DNA of 64,000 bases from a virus (IMGVR_UViG_3300044634_003731:1155-65154); one strand, 5' to 3'; counted from the stretch's first letter, positions 9,702-18,309 are shown. Made by a program: numbers and translations. The notes: generated by a model not told the origin, from the sequence alone.

Positions 9702-10670
9702 ATGGATTTTGTCGATATTAAATATCTCAATTTGATATCCGCTAAATTGTTAAAGTTTAAAAAAATAAAAAATAATCTTTATAATTGCCGTTGCCCAATT
9801 TGCGGAGATTCTAAGAAAAACAAAAATAAAGCAAGAGGTTATTTCTATCAAGTAAAGAATAATACAAATTTTAAATGCCATAATTGTGGGGCAAATGTAT
9901 CATTTAATAATTTTTTAAAAGATTTTGATCCATTTACATACAAACAATATCAGCTTGAAAAATTTAAAGAAGGACACACTGGAAAAAACTTTACTACAGA
10001 AGAACCTAAATTTGAATTTGAGGCTCCAAAATTTAAACCTAAACTAGATTTACCAAAAGCATCAGAAAATGAAATTTCTAAAAATTATCTAGAAAGTAGG
10101 AAATTAAACTCTTATAAATTTTATTACGCAGACAAATTTAAATCGTGGACAAATTCTTTAAAAAAGGTCTTCGATGATACTAGTAAAGATGAACCTAGGA
10201 TTGTTATTCCTTTGTTCTATCAAAATAATCTTGTTGGATTTCAAGGTAGAGCACTTGGTCCAAACAAGATTAAATATATTACCGTAATGCTTAATGATGA
10301 TGTACCAAAAATCTACGGTCTCGATGAGATTGAAAAAAGTAAAACTGTCTACATCACAGAAGGACCATTCGACTCAACTTTCATTCGCAACTCAATTGCT
10401 CTTTGTGGAGCTGATGGTGATGTTAGTAAGTGGGGTATTGGCGATTGTGTTTGGATCTATGATAACGAACCACGTAATGCAGAAATCCACTCAAGAATAT
10501 CCCGTGCCATTAGTGATGGACAAAAAGTTGTCATCTGGCCAACATCAATAAAAGAAAAGGATATTAATGATATGATTTTGTCTGGACTTGATGTTCAATC
10601 TGTGATAGAATCAAATACTTACTCTGGATTAGAAGCAAAACTTAAATTTACTACCTGGAAAAAAATATGA
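9702..10670 (+). CDS. gp61: T4 gp61-like DNA primase
   Basis: CRCPICGDS / CHNCG zinc finger; TEGPFDS, YDNEPRN, KDIND TOPRIM motifs. Confidence 0.95.
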   Translation: MDFVDIKYLNLISAKLLKFKKIKNNLYNCRCPICGDSKKNKNKARGYFYQVKNNTNFKCHNCGANVSFNNFLKDFDPFTYKQYQLEKFKEGHTGKNFTTEEPKFEFEAPKFKPKLDLPKASENEISKNYLESRKLNSYKFYYADKFKSWTNSLKKVFDDTSKDEPRIVIPLFYQNNLVGFQGRALGPNKIKYITVMLNDDVPKIYGLDEIEKSKTVYITEGPFDSTFIRNSIALCGADGDVSKWGIGDCVWIYDNEPRNAEIHSRISRAISDGQKVVIWPTSIKEKDINDMILSGLDVQSVIESNTYSGLEAKLKFTTWKKI

Positions 10671-12967
10671 GTAACGGAACAAAAGTACAAAAACGTGATG
10701 GAAGAGTTGAATCTCTTGATTTAGATAAAATGCATTTGATGGTCGAAGAAGCATGTAAAAATCTTGCAGGAGTTTCTGCTAGTCAAGTAGAGATGAAATC
10801 TGGTATTCAATTTTATGATGGAATTTCTACTGAAGAAATTCAAGAAATTTTAATTCGTTCCGCCTCAGATTTAATTGATTTGGATCATCCAAATTATCAA
10901 TATGTTGCTGCTCGTCTTCTTCTCTTTTCTGTTCGCAAACAACTTTATGGAAAAATAAAGGAACTTCCCAATCTTGAGCAACATATTTACAATTGCGTAA
11001 ATGCAGAAGTTTACGATGGAGACATTTATACCAAATACTCTAAAGAAGAAATTGCAAAAGCAGATTCGTATATTGTTCACGAACGGGACATGAACTTTAC
11101 TTACGCAGGATTGCGTCAAGTAGTTGATAAGTACCTTGTACAAGATAGAAGTAGTGGTGGTGTATATGAGACTCCGCAATTTATGTACATGATGATTGCT
11201 CTGACTATTTTTGCAGAGTATCCAAAAGAAACACGTATGTCATATGTCAAGAGGTATTATGACGCAATCTCAAAACACAAAATCAACATCCCAACACCAA
11301 TCATGGCGGGAGTGCGAACTCCGCTTAGACAATTTGCTAGCTGTGTCCTTGTTGACGTTGATGACACCCTCGATAGTATCTTTAGTAGCGATATGGCTAT
11401 TGGCAGATACGTTGCACAGAGGGCGGGAATCGGCATCAACGCTGGTAGAATCCGTGGCATCAACAGCAAAATCAGAGGTGGAGAAGTTCAACACACGGGT
11501 GTTGTACCATTTCTCAAGAAGTTTGAAGCAACTGTCAGATGTTGCACGCAAAATGGCATACGAGGTGGATCCGCGACAGTTCACTTCCCCATCTGGCACC
11601 AAGAAATCGAAGACATCCTAGTTCTTAAGAATAATAAAGGTACTGAGGATAATCGTGTTCGCAAACTTGATTACAGCATTCAAATCAGCAAACTCTTCTA
11701 TGAGAGGTTCATTCAGGACGGTGAAATTACACTTTTCTCCCCACATGATGTACCTGGACTATATGATTCTTTCGGAACAATTGAGTTTGACTCTCTCTAT
11801 ATTGGATACGAAAATAATCCGTCCATTCAAAAGAAAACTGTTAAGGCGCAAGATCTTATTCTTAGTCTCCTTAAAGAACGCGCTGAAACGGGTCGTATCT
11901 ACATTATGAATATTGATCATTGCAACTCTCACTCTTCCTTTAAGGATAAAGTTGAGATGAGCAATCTGTGCCAGGAAATTACTCTACCAACGTATCCAAT
12001 TCAGCACATTGACGACGAACACGGGGAAATTGCACTTTGTATTCTTTCCGCAATTAATGTTGGTAAAGTTAAGTCCGATGAGGAACTGGAAGAACTTTGT
12101 GACCTTTCAGTTCGTGGTTTAGATGAATTGGTTGACTATCAAAAATACCCTGTAAAGGCGGCAGAAATCGCCACCAAGGCGCGTCGTTCTCTTGGTATAG
12201 GGTTTATTGGTCTTGCGCACTATTTGGCAAAACTTGGGTTTAATTATGGCGATCAAGAAGCATGGGATGCTGTTCATGGACTTTCGGAATCTTTCCAATA
12301 TTATCTACTGAAAGCATCTAATCAACTTGCTAAAGAAAAGGGCCATTGTGAATACTTTGGACGTACTAAATATGCTGATGGAATTCTTCCAATTGATACT
12401 TATAAAAAAGATGTAGATGAAATTTCTTCTATTCCGTTAGAACATGATTGGGAAACTCTTAGAGCATCTATCTTGGAATATGGTCTCAGGCACTCAACAC
12501 TGTCCGCACAGATGCCATCGGAGAGTAGTTCCGTTGTGTCAAACGCAACTAATGGAATCGAACCACCTAGGGATTACTTGTCCGTTAAGAAAAGTAAAAA
12601 GGGACCACTCAAACAGATTGTTCCCCAGTATCATACTCTCAAGAACAACTATACGCTTCTTTGGGATATGCCTAATAACATTGGGTATATTAACATTGTT
12701 GCGGTAATGCAAAAATTCTTTGACCAAGCAATTTCTGGTAACTGGAGTTATAATCCAGAAAATTACGACAATAATGAAGTTCCGACTTCAGTTATGGCAA
12801 ATGATTTTTTGACTACATACAAGTACGGGTGGAAAACTTCTTATTACCAAAACACTTATGATATTAAGACTGATGAGGTAGTAGAAGAACCAAAACAAGA
12901 CCTTCAATCACTCCTCCAAGAACTTTCTGGTGCCGAAGAAGAAGATTGTGAAAGTTGTAAGATTTGA
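10667..12967 (+). CDS. nrdA: class Ia ribonucleotide reductase alpha subunit
   Basis: ATP cone KRDG, PTPIMAG, SNLCQEI, C-terminal CESC. Confidence 0.97.
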   Translation: MSNGTKVQKRDGRVESLDLDKMHLMVEEACKNLAGVSASQVEMKSGIQFYDGISTEEIQEILIRSASDLIDLDHPNYQYVAARLLLFSVRKQLYGKIKELPNLEQHIYNCVNAEVYDGDIYTKYSKEEIAKADSYIVHERDMNFTYAGLRQVVDKYLVQDRSSGGVYETPQFMYMMIALTIFAEYPKETRMSYVKRYYDAISKHKINIPTPIMAGVRTPLRQFASCVLVDVDDTLDSIFSSDMAIGRYVAQRAGIGINAGRIRGINSKIRGGEVQHTGVVPFLKKFEATVRCCTQNGIRGGSATVHFPIWHQEIEDILVLKNNKGTEDNRVRKLDYSIQISKLFYERFIQDGEITLFSPHDVPGLYDSFGTIEFDSLYIGYENNPSIQKKTVKAQDLILSLLKERAETGRIYIMNIDHCNSHSSFKDKVEMSNLCQEITLPTYPIQHIDDEHGEIALCILSAINVGKVKSDEELEELCDLSVRGLDELVDYQKYPVKAAEIATKARRSLGIGFIGLAHYLAKLGFNYGDQEAWDAVHGLSESFQYYLLKASNQLAKEKGHCEYFGRTKYADGILPIDTYKKDVDEISSIPLEHDWETLRASILEYGLRHSTLSAQMPSESSSVVSNATNGIEPPRDYLSVKKSKKGPLKQIVPQYHTLKNNYTLLWDMPNNIGYINIVAVMQKFFDQAISGNWSYNPENYDNNEVPTSVMANDFLTTYKYGWKTSYYQNTYDIKTDEVVEEPKQDLQSLLQELSGAEEEDCESCKI

Positions 12968-13057
12968 CAAATTCATAAACCTAGATTATGATGAAACTCA
13001 AATATTCTGGAGAGTTAAATAGAATGTGTGAGTTAATTTCAGTAGAGGAGATAAAGT

Positions 13058-14248
13058 GTGAATTCTGTGCAGTTTAAAATTTCTTCCATAGAAGAACCAC
13101 AAACAAATATTAAAGGTATGACTGTTTTTAATACTGATCAAGTGAATACCAAAAAACAACCAATGTTTTTTGGTAAACCTTTAGGAGTTCAGAGATATGA
13201 TTCATACAAATATCCAATATTCGATAAACTAACCACTCAGCAACTAGGATACTTCTGGAGACCCGAAGAGGTGTCTCTCCAGAAGGATCGTGGAGATTAT
13301 CAAACACTTCGTCCAGAGCAAAAGCACATCTATACTTCTAATTTAAAGTATCAGATTATGCTCGACTCCATTCAGGGTCGTGGTCCTGGTATGGCGTTTA
13401 TTCCATACTGCTCTCTACCAGAACTAGAGGCATGTATGGAAGTATGGGGATTCATGGAGATGATCCATTCACGTTCATACACATATATTATTAAAAATGT
13501 GTATTCTGATCCAAGTGAGGTGTTTGATAAAATTGTGACCGATGAGCGTATTCTGGAGCGTGCTAAAAGCGTTACAGAGTCTTATGATGACTTCATTCAA
13601 TCATCACAACAGTATGCTGTATCCGACACTTGGATGCATAATCTTGAAGGAGTATCATACGCAAAGGAAACACTCAATGATGTTAAACGAAAATTGTACA
13701 GAGCAATCGCAAACGTTAATATTCTTGAAGGTATTCGCTTCTACGTTAGTTTTGCTTGTAGTTTCGCCTTTGGCGAACTTAAGCTTATGGAAGGATCCGC
13801 TAAAATCATTAGTCTCATCGCAAGAGACGAAAATCAACACCTAGCCATTACTCAGAATATTCTGAATAAGTGGCGTGATGGTGATGATCCAGAAATGAAA
13901 CAGATTATGAAAGAAGAGGAGGAATGGACATATGCTATGTTTGATCGTGCTGTAAATGAAGAAAAGAAATGGGCAGATTATCTGTTCAAAGATGGAAGCA
14001 TGATTGGACTAAATGACAAACTTCTCCAACAATATGTTGAATGGATTGCAAATCGTAGGATTAAAGCAATTGGTTTAAAACCACAATATGATATTGCGGC
14101 AAATAATAATCCTCTTCCTTGGACTCAACATTGGATTTCTTCTAAAGGTCTTCAAGTTGCTCCACAAGAAACGGAAGTTGAGTCCTATGTAGTGGGGGGT
14201 ATTAAGCAAGATGTTACCAAAAATACTTTCGCAGGATTCCAATTATGA
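13058..14248 (+). CDS. nrdB: class Ia ribonucleotide reductase beta subunit
   Basis: FWRPEE, EMIHSRSY, LEGIRFY, RDENQH, APQETE. Confidence 0.97.
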   Translation: MNSVQFKISSIEEPQTNIKGMTVFNTDQVNTKKQPMFFGKPLGVQRYDSYKYPIFDKLTTQQLGYFWRPEEVSLQKDRGDYQTLRPEQKHIYTSNLKYQIMLDSIQGRGPGMAFIPYCSLPELEACMEVWGFMEMIHSRSYTYIIKNVYSDPSEVFDKIVTDERILERAKSVTESYDDFIQSSQQYAVSDTWMHNLEGVSYAKETLNDVKRKLYRAIANVNILEGIRFYVSFACSFAFGELKLMEGSAKIISLIARDENQHLAITQNILNKWRDGDDPEMKQIMKEEEEWTYAMFDRAVNEEKKWADYLFKDGSMIGLNDKLLQQYVEWIANRRIKAIGLKPQYDIAANNNPLPWTQHWISSKGLQVAPQETEVESYVVGGIKQDVTKNTFAGFQL

Positions 14249-14360
14249 CGAATGGTGCGAACAGGAAATCCTGAACGCATACAAAGAAGCAGCGGAATGT
14301 GATGAATATTTGTTTGGAGATTATGATTATTGTAAAGAGTGGATTGATATAATTGCTTAA
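14211..14360 (+). CDS. small acidic protein overlapping the nrdB 3' end
   Basis: Open frame MLPKILSQDSNYDEWCEQE...DIIA*. Confidence 0.5.
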   Translation: MLPKILSQDSNYDEWCEQEILNAYKEAAECDEYLFGDYDYCKEWIDIIA

Positions 14361-14397
14361 AATATTATAGATATGGGAGAGTAATCTCCCATTTTTT

Positions 14398-14559
14398 ATG
14401 CCTAAAAATCAACTCAATAAGGACGAACTTAAAGTTCGGGTATTAAAACTAAAAGACAAACTTTATAAAGATCATATTCGTCCAGAAATGGATATGAAAG
14501 GACTTGCTCATAAATATCTGAACGAAGTTCTTGATATTATTGATGAGTACAGATATTGA
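14398..14559 (+). CDS. small hypothetical protein (53 aa)
   Basis: MPKNQLNKDELKVRVLKLK...AHKYLNEVLDIIDEYRY*. Confidence 0.65.
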   Translation: MPKNQLNKDELKVRVLKLKDKLYKDHIRPEMDMKGLAHKYLNEVLDIIDEYRY

Positions 14560-14986
14560 CTATGAAAATCCATGGAGTTATAATGGAAATCCTTTTACTA
14601 GTGCTGATATAGGAGACTACTTTGGTTTTGTTTATTTAATAGAAAATAAACAAAACGGTAGAAAATACATAGGAAGAAAGTACCTCTGGCAGTTTAGAAC
14701 ACCAAAAGGTAAAAAAAGAAAAGTAAAATCAGAATCAAATTGGAAGGAATACTATGGGTCTTGTCCGGAACTTAAAGAAGACATTGACAAATTGGGCAGA
14801 GAAAATTTTAGTCGAACTATCTTATCATTACATAAAACAAAGGGCAAAACAAACTTTGAGGAGACCAGAAGACTCTTCACCAATAATGTCCTCACCGAAT
14901 CCCTTGACTGCGGAGAACCAGCGTTCTACAATAGCAACATCCTCAATAGGTACTTCCGAAAAGATTATTATGGAAACAACGACTGA
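14543..14986 (+). CDS. GIY-YIG endonuclease (Seg-like)
   Basis: GFVYLIEN...RKYIGRK, YYGS, FYNSNI. Confidence 0.85.
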   Translation: MSTDIDYENPWSYNGNPFTSADIGDYFGFVYLIENKQNGRKYIGRKYLWQFRTPKGKKRKVKSESNWKEYYGSCPELKEDIDKLGRENFSRTILSLHKTKGKTNFEETRRLFTNNVLTESLDCGEPAFYNSNILNRYFRKDYYGNND

Positions 14987-15143
14987 AGATATTGTGGCAC
15001 ACGTAAGAACTTGGTCTCTTGATCGTGCAGCAGATATGAATATCAATAAAGAGGATGCTCGTGCTATTCTTGCAGAGTTTTATGAATGGATTGAACCTGA
15101 AGGAGATGAACTTGAGATTGTTTCCCTGGAACCTGAATCTTGA
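14970..15143 (+). CDS. small hypothetical protein
   Basis: METTTEDIV...ARAILAEFYEWIEP. Confidence 0.6.
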   Translation: METTTEDIVAHVRTWSLDRAADMNINKEDARAILAEFYEWIEPEGDELEIVSLEPES

Positions 15144-15219
15144 CAAATCCTAAATATTAACTTATTATGTAAAATCCCTATTATGAGTAGGGTTTTTTGT
15201 TATGAGATTTTGAGTACGA

Positions 15220-15290
15220 TTTAGAGCCGTGGGTGCTGCCCCTGAGAAGGGGAACTTCTCCTTTACCTATACGGATGTAGAGTTCTATTA
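15220..15290 (+). promoter_or_regulatory. candidate structured 5' leader RNA of the rlpA-like gene
   Basis: GC-rich nested stems TAGAGC/GTTCTA, CCGT/ACGG, CCCCT/AGGGG, alternative GAGAAG/CTTCTC. Confidence 0.45.
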
Positions 15291-15296
15291 AAATTA

Positions 15297-15659
15297 ATGC
15301 TTTTTAAAACACTTTCAATTCTTGCTATTGCTACTGTAGGATTGGCACCCCTTCAAGCAAAAGCAGCGAGCGGATGTTCCCTCGCATCACATTATGGAAT
15401 TGGTGATGGATATCACGGGCAGACAACTGCCAATGGCGAACGGTATAATGCTTACGGAAAATCAGTAGCACATCGTTGGCTTCCATTCGGAACAAAACTA
15501 AGAGTTACAAATCAATCTAATGGAAGATCAGTAATTGTGCGTGTAAATGATCGCGGTCCTTATATCGCGGGTAGAGACCTTGACCTTTCTTATGGTGCAT
15601 TCTCTACTATTGCTTCACCAAGTCAAGGTGTTGCTACAATTTGCTACTCGCGGGTATGA
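15297..15659 (+). CDS. rlpA: RlpA-like (DPBB) lytic transglycosylase with signal peptide
   Basis: ASHYG...TANGERY...AHRWLPFGT..V.VRVNDRGPY..GRDLDLS. Confidence 0.9.
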   Translation: MLFKTLSILAIATVGLAPLQAKAASGCSLASHYGIGDGYHGQTTANGERYNAYGKSVAHRWLPFGTKLRVTNQSNGRSVIVRVNDRGPYIAGRDLDLSYGAFSTIASPSQGVATICYSRV

Positions 15660-15714
15660 TTGGATGAAAACTAAATAATAAATAGAGGAGAGCGGTTGCT
15701 ACTCCTCTTTTTTT

Positions 15715-16119
15715 ATGTTTAATTTTAACTTCGGTAAAAAGAAACCAGATAAGAAGCAGATAATCCTTATAAGCGTCATACTCAGTGGTATTGTAGCAAC
15801 CCTCTCCCAATGCTCAGGAGTCCCTTCAGAGCGTCTCTGGGACCTTCTAGACGAGGTTCAGAGGTCTCTGTTCCCTCAGACCATAATCAACGATGTGCTT
15901 CTTCAAGACCCTTCTGTTGTAAAGAGAAGAGTTGAAAGAGATGTAGATAAAGCAATCAGAGAATATGAACGCTTGACAAGAGACTCAGAACCACCTAGAG
16001 TACCTTTGCCCAGGTTGATAGAGAAAGATCTAGATACTTCTAAGTGTTATACTGAAGAATGTAAGTCTTTAGGTGGAGAAATGAGACTTTGTGCTCCTTG
16101 GAAAGAAGACTGTATTTAA
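15715..16119 (+). CDS. membrane-anchored hypothetical protein
   Basis: N-terminal hydrophobic helix ending LSQC; Cys-rich C-terminus. Confidence 0.65.
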   Translation: MFNFNFGKKKPDKKQIILISVILSGIVATLSQCSGVPSERLWDLLDEVQRSLFPQTIINDVLLQDPSVVKRRVERDVDKAIREYERLTRDSEPPRVPLPRLIEKDLDTSKCYTEECKSLGGEMRLCAPWKEDCI

Positions 16120-16161
16120 AATGTATAAATAACTCATCCTTATTTTTTATTAAAGGTTATT

Positions 16162-16350
16162 ATGTCTGTATCACAAGAACTCTTAAATGCTGTTGAACTA
16201 TGGCAAGTAGAAGATGAAAAATTTTCTAAAGGAAACAATTCTGCAGGAACTCGTGCTCGTAAAGCACTTCAGGAAATTGCTAAATTAGTTAAAGCCCGTA
16301 GAACAGAAATTACAGAGGAAAAAAATTCCCGTAAAGAAGCAAAGGGTTGA
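16162..16350 (+). CDS. Hc1 / histone-H1-like small basic protein
   Basis: KGNNSAGTRARKALQEIAKLVKARR. Confidence 0.6.
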   Translation: MSVSQELLNAVELWQVEDEKFSKGNNSAGTRARKALQEIAKLVKARRTEITEEKNSRKEAKG

Positions 16351-16398
16351 AAATTAATAAGCAAACTCTTATAAATAAAAACACTTAGGTCGAACACA

Positions 16399-16500
16399 AT
16401 GTCTTTTCCATTACCCATTAAACAGATTAGTATTCTTGATTGCCAATATTGGCATATTGAGGGTACTCCCCTGTTTGCGGATATGGAAAGACATATGTAA
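16399..16500 (+). CDS. 33-aa peptide
   Basis: MSFPLPIKQISILDCQYWHIEGTPLFADMERHM*; late promoter before it, terminator after. Confidence 0.45.
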   Translation: MSFPLPIKQISILDCQYWHIEGTPLFADMERHM

Positions 16501-16526
16501 GATGTAATCCATAAAGCAAAATACAG

Positions 16527-16559
16527 GGGAGAGAAACCAAAAGTTTCCTCCCTTTTTTT
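16527..16559 (+). terminator. intrinsic terminator
   Basis: GGGAG..GAAAC/GTTTC.CTCCC plus T-run. Confidence 0.6.
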
Positions 16560-16776
16560 ATGCTTTGTGCCACTTGTTCAACTGGTCGTATCATTTGCCA
16601 TTGGGGTCCAAACCCTGGTATATTACTTGAGTCGGTGGGGGAACGAGACCCCAAGTGCCTAGGACCACTTCTGGAACTGGCACAAACCACTTGCCCCGCA
16701 ACGGGTTCCGTGGTATTCTTAAAGGGTGGTTGAGAGACCACCAGCACCTTGACAACTGAATATTTACCACATTATT

Positions 16777-16848
16777 GGGACATTAACTCAGCGGTAGAGT
16801 ATTCGGCTTTTAACCGATTAGTCCTCGGTTCGAATCCGAGATGTCCCA
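16777..16848 (+). tRNA. tRNA-Lys(TTT)
   Basis: cloverleaf, loop CT-TTT-AA. Confidence 0.93.
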
Positions 16849-16851
16849 TAT

Positions 16852-16933
16852 GGGAGGATTTCCGAGTGGTTAAAGGAATCTGACTGTAAATCAGACGGCT
16901 CTGCCTTCACAGGTTCAAATCCTGTTCCTCCCA
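16852..16933 (+). tRNA. tRNA-Tyr(GTA)
   Basis: cloverleaf with long variable arm, loop CT-GTA-AA. Confidence 0.93.
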
Positions 16934-16937
16934 CCTT

Positions 16938-17011
16938 GACGGTGTAGCTTAGTGGTTTAAAGCGCCTGCCTGTCACGCAGGAGATCGGGGGTTCAAATCC
17001 CCTCATCGTCG
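16938..17011 (+). tRNA. tRNA-Asp(GTC)
   Basis: cloverleaf, loop CT-GTC-AC. Confidence 0.93.
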
Positions 17012-17033
17012 TTGGAGTTTATCTCCATAATAT

Positions 17034-17108
17034 GGTCCTATCGTCTAGTGGTGAGGACATCACTCTTTCACAGTGAAGACACGGGTTCAAATCCCGTTAG
17101 GACTACCA
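17034..17108 (+). tRNA. tRNA-Glu(TTC)
   Basis: cloverleaf, loop CT-TTC-AC, encoded CCA. Confidence 0.93.
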
Positions 17109-17185
17109 CGGAATGTAGCGCAGTTTGGTAGCGCATCTGTTTTGGGAACAGAGGGTCGCAGGTTCGAATCCTGTCATTCCGACCA
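17109..17185 (+). tRNA. tRNA-Pro(TGG)
   Basis: cloverleaf, loop TT-TGG-GA, encoded CCA. Confidence 0.93.
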
Positions 17186-17258
17186 GGAAACATAGCTTAG
17201 TTGGTAAAGCATTCGACTGATAATCGAAAGAGCACTGGTTCGAGTCCAGTTGTTTCCA
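17186..17258 (+). tRNA. tRNA-Ile(GAT)
   Basis: cloverleaf, loop CT-GAT-AA. Confidence 0.93.
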
Positions 17259-17281
17259 TTGTTGCTTTGAAGCAACATTAA

Positions 17282-17371
17282 GGAAGTGTGGCAGAGAGGT
17301 TTAATGCAGTGGATTGCTAATCCGCCGATGTTCTTTAAGTGCATCCGTTGGTTCGAATCCAACCACTTCCG
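17282..17371 (+). tRNA. tRNA-Ser(GCT)
   Basis: long variable arm, loop TT-GCT-AA. Confidence 0.9.
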
Positions 17372-17373
17372 TA

Positions 17374-17454
17374 GGACTCCAGCAAGGTGCTTGCTAGGAT
17401 ATAAAAGACTGACGCCTCCCTCTTCAGAAAGAGTACCCAGCAGGTCAGCGTCCA
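17374..17454 (+). ncRNA. candidate structured ncRNA between tRNAs
   Basis: GGAC/GTCC closing stem, AGCAAG/CTTGCT, CTGAC/GTCAG and CTCTT/AAGAG helices. Confidence 0.45.
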
Positions 17455-17458
17455 CTTT

Positions 17459-17530
17459 GGCAGTGTAGTTCAGTGGTAGAACAAGAGATTCATACCCTCT
17501 ATGTCGGTAGTTCAATTCTACCCACTGCCT
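17459..17530 (+). tRNA. tRNA-Met or Ile2 (CAT)
   Basis: cloverleaf, loop TT-CAT-AC; one mismatch in the anticodon stem. Confidence 0.8.
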
Positions 17531-17531
17531 T

Positions 17532-17603
17532 GTGTCGTTAGCCTAGTGGTTAAGGCATCTGTTTGTGGAACAGAGGAGATGAGTTCAATTCTCATACGAC
17601 ACC
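17532..17603 (+). tRNA. tRNA-His(GTG)
   Basis: cloverleaf, loop TT-GTG-GA, C discriminator. Confidence 0.9.
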
Positions 17604-17605
17604 CC

Positions 17606-17676
17606 GCCCGATAAGCATTGTGGTGATGCAGCAGTTTAGTAAACTGCAGAGAACAGTTCAATTCTGTTATTGGGCT
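17606..17676 (+). tRNA. tRNA-Thr(AGT)
   Basis: GCCCGAT/ATTGGGC acceptor; GCAGT-TT AGT AA-ACTGC anticodon arm; TTCAATT T-loop. Confidence 0.8.
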
Positions 17677-17709
17677 CTCAACTATCCGGAATTTCCAGAT
17701 AGTTCAAAT

Positions 17710-17785
17710 GTTCAGGTGGCAGAGTGGTCGAATGCAGAAGTCTGCAAAACTTCTATCACCATGGGTTCGAATCCCACCCTGAACT
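17710..17785 (+). tRNA. tRNA-Cys(GCA)
   Basis: loop CT-GCA-AA, U discriminator. Confidence 0.88.
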
Positions 17786-17819
17786 CTTTAATCCCGTCGA
17801 ATTCCACGGGATTACATAA

Positions 17820-17891
17820 TCCAGAATCGACTAACTGGCAGGTCAGCACCCTTTGAAGGTGTACGTCTAGGTTCGAATCCTAGTTCTGGAA
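17820..17891 (+). tRNA. tRNA-Gln(TTG)
   Basis: cloverleaf, loop CT-TTG-AA. Confidence 0.9.
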
Positions 17892-17909
17892 TTGCTCCAA
17901 TAGGGGCAA

Positions 17910-18085
17910 CAATCTGTCCAACACTGGGGTTCGACTCCCCACATCTCCATTCTTGGGGATGAACTGGTATTCGACTGGGCAGAGGGTTTCGAGAATAAAT
18001 CTCAACAACATCGTATCTTTCCGCAGAACTGCTGTTGCCGTTTGAGCAATAGCACTTTGAGCGAACTGGGGAGTAATCCCCTTTC
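17910..18085 (+). ncRNA. ssrA: circularly permuted (two-piece) tmRNA
   Basis: T-arm + CATCTCCA (17926-17949) precedes GGGGATG...GGTATTCGAC (17955 onward); G3-U70 pair; tag ORF 18001-18045 LNNIVSFRRTAVAV*. Confidence 0.88.
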
Positions 18086-18087
18086 TT

Positions 18088-18161
18088 GTCCTTTTAGCTC
18101 AGTGGAACAGAGCAATAGGCTACGAACCTATGTGTCGGGAGTTCGAATCTCTCAAAGGACG
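18088..18161 (+). tRNA. tRNA-Arg(ACG)
   Basis: cloverleaf, loop CT-ACG-AA. Confidence 0.92.
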
Positions 18162-18162
18162 C

Positions 18163-18219
18163 TGCCAGTCTTCAAACTGGCACAAGGCACTTGACTTTCT
18201 TGGTCAGATGCCTTATGAT
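18163..18219 (+). promoter_or_regulatory. sigma70-like early promoter with upstream palindrome
   Basis: TGCCAGT-N5-ACTGGCA, then TTGACT-N17-TATGAT. Confidence 0.7.
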
Positions 18220-18237
18220 GATTGAGTCAAGGGTTAA

Positions 18238-18309
18238 GGGACTGTCGCCTATTGGTTAAGGCCCACTGCTTATAACGGTGTGAACAGAGTTCAATTCTCT
18301 GCAGTCCTA
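18238..18309 (+). tRNA. tRNA-Ile(TAT)
   Basis: cloverleaf, loop CT-TAT-AA. Confidence 0.88.

Noticed and set aside
1-14248. Inteins or introns in gp41, gp61, nrdA, nrdB
   Set aside because: Lengths and motif spacing are normal and no insertions are visible
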